Shown piece by piece: positions 54,998 to 64,000 of a DNA stretch of 64,000 nt. How positions within the stretch are numbered: position 1 is the first letter of the stretch; the number at the start of each line of letters is the position of its first letter. Both the position numbers and the translations under genes were made by a program. The DNA lies in assembly GCA_051294375.1 (NCBI GenBank), contig CM119269.1, forward strand, positions 7,871,225 to 7,935,224, written 5' to 3'. The notes under the pieces were generated by a model. The model was not told the DNA's origin and did no database searches. It saw only the letters and a program-made list of their open reading frames with translations. The stretch comes from Paraspadella gotoi. Its lineage: Eukaryota > Animalia > Chaetognatha.

Positions 54998-57900
54998 TCA
55001 GATCATCTTTACATAAGACGCCGGAAAAAGGCCCCACTTTCCACGGAGTTCTCCTTGCCACCTGTAGAACAATAAATACTAGTACTCAATATATGAGATA
55101 GTTGTAGTTAACATTATTTATAAATTTCATATCCAACTTACCAGCCATCATCAGTTTTGTCGTAAACGCTTATTAAATCGCCCGCTTGGATCGTCAGCTC
55201 GTCCTCCTTTTAGGAAGGATTAAAAAGTCGATCATTTGTTTTTTCAATCACGAGTAAATTATTTTTTCTTGACTGATATGATTTAACTGGAGTTTGATAA
55301 CGAATGTTCAAGATCATTATATATATGCATATTAGGCCGGAACAGGTTGAAAACTAAGTTCTCTCAAATAAATAATGGTTAAGTGACTGTTAGAGAATAT
55401 GAAAATAAAAATAAATTTTAAAATTCATCTTATTGATAAGCGCACGGAAGCAATTAAATATTATTTTATTACTATATATATATATAAAGTTTAAAATTTT
55501 TTTTTAATTTTCCATTTTTTTAATAGATTCTGGTAAAGCTTTAAAAGTTAGATAAAGGTTATTAATACAACTTTTTAAATTTTTTTGTTTTATTGACAAA
55601 AATTTTTAAAAAAACATAAAATTCAGCTAATGATGATGATGATTTTTTAAGGTTTTTTTTATTTTTAACCAATTTATTGTCAAAATTTTAAAAAATTGTA
55701 GTACTAACTTTCATTTAACTTTTCAAGCTCAATATGAATCGTTCTTAATATTATATTATATATATTATATTATATATATGCAGGGACCTGCTATGTCATT
55801 ATCTTGTAAGAGTGATGGAGGCCTTAAACCACCGGGGCCTGTCCGGAGTCAGGGGCAAGATAGCTTATTTATTAAATGAATGAATAATTTTTATATTGGT
55901 TGTACCAATTTCATATTAATAAATATTTAAAAGCTTCAGTGCAACAACCCAATGAACTAATTCAAAAAGTTGCATTGAAAATCGATTTAGTAATAGAAGG
56001 AAAAAAGAAATTTTTTTGATAGAAGTTATAAAAAGTGTTCAATTTTGGCCCGCCTTAATGTATATATATGGATGAATTATTGAAACTAAGACCTGATTAG
56101 CGACGTAATCGAACTGCGCCTCCGCTTGTCCGACCACGTTGGACATGTCCACAAGGTCAAACTCCTCGTCAAGATCCGTTCCGCCCTCATTTTTGAAGTT
56201 CGCTACAAGAAAAGTCGAGTGGAATTTATAGGTCATCGTCTGAGAAATATTTGGCGCGAAGCCCGATGATCATTTCTCATCTGTATCACTGAGATGGATA
56301 ATTTCTTGTTACTTTAATAATTTTATATTATATTGTGGCTTCCACAATATATTTTATATTATATTTATATACAATTTCATAATAACCCGTTGTCCGTTCG
56401 TGTTTTTTGGTGTCACTCGCAAACCGACACGGGGTATGATAAGATTTAAAAAAAAAATAACTATACAGACATATATATATAGTTATATGTTTATTTATAT
56501 ATATATATATATATATATTCATATATATAGTTATATTCTTATCTGAGGCAAACATACCCTCTTATAAATATACTAAATTAACCAGCATTTTAAGTCTCCA
56601 CTTCAATCACTTAACTTCACTCGTCACTACAAAAAACCAAAAAAAATTTAATCACACGAAGCAAATCAATCAAAGCGATGAATCCAGTTGTGTCGAAAAG
56701 TACCTAAGTGCTTTAGTTGTTAAGGCTTAAAAATAATAAACCAAACTTCACCAAGTGGCAAAAGAAGTTTTCAATTCAATACCTCACGGCGAAGTGAAAC
56801 TCAAGATCGCTGTGACGAAAACTAATCACACTTCCTGGACCTGGTTTTCAGTGAAGGAGATAGAAAGGTCTCTCAATCTCAGCTCAATTACTTTTCAATC
56901 TTCAGCTATCTTATCAAGCAACGATTAACGAGAATACATTTAGATCATTCAAATTTTCACACTTACTCGCGTTAACGTTGAATCCGATGACGCCGGGAGT
57001 TGAACCGGTGGCGCCGAGGGCGACGGGCATCGAATCAATGGCGCCGGCACACGATTCCTCCAAGGGACGCCGGAGAAGAGATTGCGAAGGCGCTGACGCG
57101 ACGGCGCTGCCCGAACTTCGACCTAAGGTTCCTGCAAAATCAAACAGAAACGACAATTGAATGGGATCAAATTGTTACATGGATTTTTCTTATTCAGTTT
57201 ACTTACCAGTGCCAACGGAGAAGTTAGCGTAAGGCACGTCCGTGTAAACAGAATCTTCCTGAAGCACGTTGTAAGGCACTCGGAGGATAGTCTGTTGATA
57301 TCCCAACTTGTCCTTGCCGTGTTCCATATACTGAGAGGTCCAATGCTGTCCGGTCTGTGGAAACAAAGGATCGGGGGGAAAATAGCAGAAGACTAGTGGC
57401 AACAAATATCGATCGAAGAGAGACTTTCGCGGGTTCGCCCAACCGACCGTGGTCCTGTTGAGCTTGGCCATCGCCGTCTGAATCCGGTTCTGCGATGCCT
57501 CGAGGAAATTAATGGTGGCGTTGGCTTGAATGAGGCGCTGGGCTACGTCCGCGCGTGCGTCCATGTCCGCGTAAGAGGGCGTCTCCGAGTAAACCTAAGA
57601 AACGAGTGGGGCCCGAGAATGAATATGTGGCACACGCGGTATCGATTTCTAGCAAGATATTTCCTTCCGGCGTTTTTAATGACTTCACGGATTTTCAGCG
57701 TACATTTAGTCATTCGTCAAGAGAAATCGCAAGTTAATTTCTAGACGGAAAGATGCAATTTTTTTTTCACTACCAATCGCTGGGAAAGCATTCGAACCAA
57801 ACGAATTTTAACAAAAAAAAAAAAAAAAAAACAACCAAAATAAAAATGTAAAAAATCGCATAGTTTTCAAGACTTACGGATTGACTGGAAACGGAATTTT

Positions 57901-59873
57901 TAAACATCATCTGGATGTTGAAAGAAACGAAAGAGAAAATTTCTAACAAAAATGTTTTTAACATTCGTCTTGCCTCGAATATTCCAGCAATTAACTCATA
58001 GTCAAATGGCATTTATCTAGTAATAACAGGACTGACTTGAGCGAGGTGATGAATGCCGTCTTTGGCTTTCCGCTCCCGAGAGACGTCGGCTTCGAGCAGG
58101 TCGACCCACCGCTGGAGACTCATCGTCCGCCGTTCAAGGTTCATCGCGTTGTTGAGGTCGACAGCGTAGGGGCAGAGCAAGAGTTGCTCGGGCACGTTGG
58201 CGCCGGTGCTGAGATTTAAAAGTTATTGCACAGGATCGATGACTATTTCGATTCCGAAAGCTACAAACCTCTTGAAGTCAATTGTCATCTGCACGTCTTC
58301 GTTGACCGAAATCTCTAATTTCTCGAGTCCGCTCTGGATCTGCGAGATAGCGGGGACGAAAGCCGCGACGAATCCAGCGTATTTGCGGAGAAATCCCGAG
58401 CACTGTGAGATCCGCTCCTCCTCCAACATCTGCAACTGGGCGCTCGCCTGGAGACGAGCGTTTTTCAATTAATTAATGATTATAAATGCTTATTTAAAGA
58501 GATACCTTGTCAGCGAACTTAAAACCAGATTAGAATAGCAAACCTTGTAAACGGCTGATTCCCAATCTTGACGGGCCGCCTCTGCTTTTTGCCCCATTTC
58601 GTGATACTCGTTTTCGTACTTAAGGACCTAAATTTCGAGTAACGAAAAAAGGTCTCACATTCTCACAAACAGAAAAATAGATCACTTCCACGCCCTTTAA
58701 CCTAACCCCGTCAGAGAGCTTCTTGATTTTCCCCTCCAACTTCTGAATGTCCTTTTCCGAGATGGAGGCGGATCTGCTGCGGCCGCTCTGCGTCTCCTTG
58801 AGCTGCTCCTCGAGTTTCTCCGAGTCTTTGGTGGCGGTGAAGGCGGATTTTTTGGCTTTGCTCTCGTCGCTTCTTCTGTCGTTAAGAGCCTGCGTTTGAA
58901 AAGGAAAGCATTTAAAAGCAACCAAATGCGCCCTATGTCAAATTATTATATTTGGCGGAATTTAAAACGGCAACAAAACAAGTTTCAGAGTAATATTGCT
59001 CGAATATATCTCAATTTTCCGTTTATCAAGAGTCTCGACCAATCAAACACCACTCGATCTCTAAGCCTCCCACTCGCCTTGGCCCTCTTCTCGACAGTGG
59101 TCTCGATCTGCTTCTTGGCCTTGCATTGCGCTTCCACCAAGGCCCGCATCGGTTTAATGATCTCGTCGGCGAATCCGTTGGCGACGCTTCGGTGAATCTC
59201 AGCTTCGGCGTCCAACGCCTCGCCGACTCGACTCCAACACGCGCCCACCGTCGCGCGACATCTGGCGTCGTCGCCGCTGCTGTCGTATAATTATTCATTT
59301 GTCATATTCGCTGATGAAGGTTTGAAAATAAACCGAAACATGGCCAAATCTAATTTTTAATCCGTTGTTCAATGAAAAATACTATTTTGTACACTAATTT
59401 CTAAACAACGAAAAGAAAGGAAACGATACAATCATTAAATGTTACACTAAGATCTTTCAGAGACTTAAGTCAAATAAATTCAATCTCATGTCTTTACCAA
59501 TCGACGACGGAGCCGCGTTTTGCAGACCCGTCTTTCGCCGTCGGAGGCGACACTTCTTTGCACAGTTTGTTGAGTTTCGTGGCGAGTTTTTGCAAAGATT
59601 TTGCGTAGCTCTGCTCCAAGTCGACTCTTTCTTGCAATGTGGCCGAGAGATCCTTGCAAAAGTCGGCTGTCGATGAGGAATAAAGGTTAAGTTAAGATCC
59701 AGAAGATTGGGTACCCAATGGGTAGTCTCTTCTTTATGAAATCCCTACTCACTTCCGCCCTTCATGACTTTCTTGAGCTCATCCCATCCGCTGGGTCCCC
59801 AGAAGGCGTCTTTGAAGGCGCCGGCGCCCATGAGGCCGGGTTGTTGTTGCCTCATCTCCGCCATGCTCGCCAT
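54998..59873 (-). CDS. NOSTRIN: Nostrin-like F-BAR/HR1/SH3 adaptor, multi-exon
   Basis: FKDAFWGPSGWDELKK..DFCKDLSATLQERVDLEQSYAKSLQKL (F-BAR); LEADVSRERKAKDGIHHLAQ|VYSETP (HR1); AQFDYVANQ|EDELTIQAGDLISVYDKTDDGW|WQGELRGKWGLFPASYV (SH3). Confidence 0.88.
55526..55740. mobile_element. AT-rich imperfect inverted repeat, MITE-like
   Basis: GATTC...AGCTTTAAAAGTTAGATAAAGGTTATTAATACAA pairs with TTGTAGTACTAACTTTCATTTAACTTTTCAAGCT...GAATC. Confidence 0.5.
55779..55915. mobile_element. family B dispersed repeat
   Basis: Reverse complement of 63649-63784 and direct match to 63949-64000. Confidence 0.8.
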
Positions 59874-60006
59874 TCTCCCTTTCGAAATCGTAGATGTAAT
59901 TAAAAGAAAAAAATACTGATTCAATTCAAGTTCGTGAAGTGGATTATTAATTTGTTACGAGTAATTTTCTGTTTTAAAATGATTGACGAAAACTATTAAC
60001 GAATAT

Positions 60007-60424
60007 AGCGTAGTGAAAGTCACTTGTAAAAATTCTAATTGTCAATTATGACCAATGTACCACTAGGTTAAAAATTTTAAAAAACTATTTAATATACAAA
60101 AATTTAATTTTCAGCTTAAAATATAGGTTTTTCTAATTTTTGACCAACTTAATGTAAGAATCTTTAAAAAAGAGTTATAGTTCTTTTCATCAACTTTTGA
60201 TCACGAATCCAAATCTGCAAAAAAAAACTGATAAAAAACCATTTTGAAAATTTTAAAATTTATAGGGTTAGTAATATATATATATAATTATAAATAAATA
60301 TAGCCTACTGCGTAACTAAAATTATAATAAATAGTTTTTATATATTAATGTTCATTAGTACAACGTTGTTCATTCTTCACTTTTAGAATTTTATTTTAAG
60401 TTAAATTAAACTTTTTACTACGCT
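60007..60424. mobile_element. family A MITE-like element with short TIRs
   Basis: Ends AGCGTAGTGAAAG and CTTTTTACTACGCT; internal similarity to 14340-14720. Confidence 0.6.
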
Positions 60425-61399
60425 TTATTAACAAAATATAAATTTATAAAGTAATAAAAAATAAGCTTGAAATTAGTTCGAGAGAATGATTCTCGAGATT
60501 CAAGATAAAATCGAAACTGTTAGATGTTTTAAAAATTAAGTATCTTCTCATCTCGTTTTCAAATTTTTTTTCTAGCCGCTCTCGAAGATTCAGCCGCTAC
60601 CCCCCTCCCTAGCCACCAGTCTCACTTCGAGACAGACGATATTCGACGGACAGCTGGTGGAGGTTCCGCTGAGTGGGACTCCAGCTCTGTCGCCTGGAGT
60701 TACGGTCGGAAATCAGGCTGCCAACGAAGGACGAAATGGATTTTCCAGCCCATAACATGTAAAAAAATCCGGCGGTTGAAAAATTACGGAGGAAGAGAGA
60801 AGAGGAAAATATTTTTTTTTCAAAGTTGGGTTTTTTTCCTTGTTCGAGAAGGAATTAGGATTTTAAAAATCGAACGAACAACTCTCAGACAAAAACGGCC
60901 GAGTTAAAGTTTTTTTCAGAGTCAAGTGCAAAAAAAATCAAGGAAAAAAAGAACGTCCTCTTTTCCCCCGCTCTCAGTGACTCACGAGTTAAAGAGAGAA
61001 AAATGGATAATCGAGTCTGTTCACGGATCTATATCCTTCGCTAATAATCGCATTAATTTCAACGGCGGCGCCGGTAAAGCGATTCAGAACCGAGAGGTGT
61101 AACAGTAGAGAATTTATGTATTATTAATAGTTCGTTGTGCTATTAACATCGTTACATGGTTTGAATTAGAGCCCTTCGGCAGCGGCGACGGCACGACGGA
61201 GCTGCGGAGAGAGTTCGGGATGTCGAATTAACTTTCGAGTGGGGAAAAAGGAGCCCCGGCCGATGAGGAGGAGGTTACTAAGGCAACCGAGACGCTAGGA
61301 AAAGCCTGGATTCATCAATGATTCGGGAATTGGAAAGCGGTGCATCGTTCACGAGATCACAGATTGTTTCGTAGTTAAAATCGTGATACAACATTGACG

Positions 61400-63623
61400 A
61401 TGCTGACGGACGAGACGAAAGTACGCGTCGTTCATCTGATTCGTCCTTTATCTCTAGCGGAAATAAACGGCGGCTCGGAAAACGCGTTGAAAGTTACCAG
61501 AACTGAAGGTACTAATATATTATCATAATAATTTATTTACTCAAATATTTTTTTCATTTAGGTTTTCCCTCTTTTCTGTCACAGACGGCTTTAACGTCGC
61601 ACTGATAAATTCTCACGATGGAATTACCTGCAGCGGCAAATACTGTTACGACAATTTTGAGTCGTCTTCAGTGGAACAAATTTACGAAGGTAAATCATTC
61701 ACATACATTCGACGATTCGAAAAACCGATCAACAAATAATATCGTCTTCCACAGAGACCTGCGTGGATCAAGTCGAAAAGATGGAGCACGGTACCAACGT
61801 AACACTCCTGGCCGTGGGTCCGAATTTGACAGGGAAAACGAGTTTAATGACGGGAGGCGATCGAGGGATTGGCATCGGGATCAGGGCGATGAGACAAGGT
61901 CTGGCGAGGAGATTGGGGGGGGGAAAGAAATTATGAGCGGGATTTTCGCATTTTCACATTATTACAATATTTAGTGACGGAGATCGCCGCCGGTTTAAAG
62001 AGTCGCGGAAAGACGGTTCACGTCTCAATCAGCGCCGCTGAATTCGTCCCCGTCGACGTCCTACGCAACGAAGACGCTGACGACGCCGCGACCGATTCGC
62101 CCGCAAAAACCAAAATCCGCGACCTCCTCAATCCCCACGGTCGTCCCATTAAGATCGTGGAGAGAGCGGACGAGGTTGCGCTCGATGGGCTCGACGAAAT
62201 TATGGCGGAGCAAGGTGGGAATTTGTGGGAGGGCAAAGAAACCAAAGACGGCAGCTTTAGCTCTGTAAAAAGCTTCCCGATGATTTTCGATTTTCTACAT
62301 TTACAGAATTAGAGACGCTGTTCATTCAAGCCACTCGCGCCCGTCGCCTGGGCGTCACAGGCGATTCGCCCCATCACCCTTCCAGCGACGCCATCTACCG
62401 CATCCGACTCTCGCATAGCGACGCCGGTCGCAAATTGCGCGTGGTGGGTCGCCTCGACGTCGTCGACCTCGCGGGAATCCGCGCTGACCCGAATGGAAAC
62501 CGCGCCGCCGCCAACGCGCTCGGCGCTGTCGTCGCCACGCTCGGAAATCAGGCGCAAAAGGGAAGGCGGGCGCCGTACAAGGATTCATTTTTGACGCACG
62601 CACTGAGCGACGCCTTCGGAGGAAACTCCAGAACTGTGGTAAGGTAGCTGTAGCCGTAGGAGATCAAAGGAGGAAGTATGCAAAAGGGAATGTAAATGTA
62701 AACTCTCCCGCGACTTTCCCCGAAGGTTTTTGTCGCCCTGGCTCCCAGTAACAAGGCCGTCGAGGAGATCAAGGCATCGATGAGGTTGGCCAATTTCGCC
62801 AAAAACGTCGTAAACCAACCGATCGTCAACGTGGACCAAACGGAGAAAACCATTGATGATCTCAGGTCAAGAGTTGAACCAATGAACTATATGAAACGAT
62901 TATTTAAAACTGGACGAAAACGCAGAAATGAAATACTGCGGCGGAGGGACGAGCTTTCCGACGATCACTCGCCGCAACTGAAAACGAGAGAGATTCGTGA
63001 CATGGAGAGGCTCGTGGAAGAATTGCGTCTCGCCAAAAGGACCTCGCTCGACGAGAGGCGGAGACGCTCAGCGGAGGCGGCGAGAGAACGGATCAAGAAT
63101 TTGGCGGCTCTGGGAATGCTGGATTATGTCTTGAGAGGAAGAAAGGGTCAATTAAGGTAAGAATTATTAAGACCCGACGCCAAAAGAGAAATTATCCGGA
63201 AGGTCGTTGCAAGATATTAAGCAGTTGAGAGTTGTAAAAAAAAACTTAACTAGTAACGACTACAGAGTAGTCCTAAGTTTTGAGTTTCAGTTTGAGATAC
63301 TATAATTAAGCCTGCGTAGCTAAAAAAAAGTATTGATAAATACTTATTTTGACTACAGCGAACAACTGGAGGCACGTGTGACTTCCGCCCGAGCAACACG
63401 CGATCTTCTGGCATCGCAGTTTCGCGAACAGCGGAAGAAAGTCGAGGCCGTCAAGGAAGAGCTCGACAAAAAGACAGAAGAATACGGCGCTGCGGTCGCC
63501 GGCGAAGAAGTGGATGATGACGCTATCAAACATCTCGTCGAGGAGATTCACAGCCTCAAAGCGACGAAAGAAAGGGCGGCCGAAGAATTGCGTCGCTTGA
63601 AGGAGGAAAGGCGGAAAGCGCAG
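61400..63623 (+). CDS. divergent kinesin-like protein (N-terminal motor-like domain plus coiled coil), probably continuing beyond the window
   Basis: KVRVVHLIRPLSLAE; GTNVTLLAVGPNLTGKTSLMTG (P-loop); VVDLAGIR; PYKDSFLTHALSDAFGGNSRT; ASMRLANFAKNVVNQPIVNVD; donor CAG|gtgtat at 63624. Confidence 0.85.
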
Positions 63624-63648
63624 GTGTATAAAGAATTGGAGGTTGCTT

Positions 63649-64000
63649 TATGAAATTGGTACAACCAATATAAAAATTATCAATCCATTTAATAAATAAG
63701 CTATCTTGCCCCTGACTTTGGACAGGCTTTGGTGGTTTAAGGCCTCCATTATTCTTACAAGATAATGACATAGCAGGTCTCTGCAAGCTTTCAATCAACA
63801 CTGTCTCGTATATTCACTCCGAGAGAACCTGGCTTCCTTATCAATGAAGTGGTATTTGAGAGAGAGAAAAAAACTTGGGAACCCTAATTTATCTAAATCG
63901 CTAGTCGTGATATTTAATCATGATTTATCTCTCTGACTCTCATATATGGAGTGATGGAGGCCTTAAACCACCAAAGCCTGTCCAAAATCAGGCGGCAAGA
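63649..64000. mobile_element. family B element with inverted arms, truncated by the window end
   Basis: 63704-63750 (TCTTGCCCCTGACTTTGGACAGGCTTTGGTGGTTTAAGGCCTCCAT) is inverted at 63954-64000. Confidence 0.75.

Noticed and set aside
59301-59345. Hammerhead-like core CTGATGA-A-GGTTT-loop-AAACC-GAAAC
   Set aside because: Stem II forms, but stems I and III cannot be paired convincingly in any topology.

Overview
Eukaryotic (metazoan invertebrate-type) genomic DNA with compact, short-intron genes, GC-rich exons, AT-rich introns and many (GA)n microsatellites. Bases 1-12.5 kb contain no recognisable gene. They hold two tandem arrays (27 bp and ~123 bp), two N gaps and a ~5.8 kb giant palindrome (two ~2.9 kb arms, ~45 bp spacer) that is either a real foldback structure or an assembly artefact. 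Eleven genes follow, ten of them spliced: ninjurin (+), GALNT1/13-like (-), a small secreted pacifastin-like protein (+), CASC3/Barentsz (-), SLC9B/NHA antiporter (-), a single-exon C2H2 zinc-finger gene (-), TAF10 (-), GIGYF (-), EFHC2 (+), Nostrin (-) and a strongly divergent kinesin-like gene (+, probably partial). The most notable observations are an operon-like TAF10>ZNF>NHA>CASC3 run with short, AATAAA-free spacers (candidate polycistronic, trans-spliced unit), a probable pseudo-motor kinesin, four GC-AG introns (three in EFHC2), and the palindrome. Gene identities come from my recognition of motifs in hand-translated exons; no database search was run.
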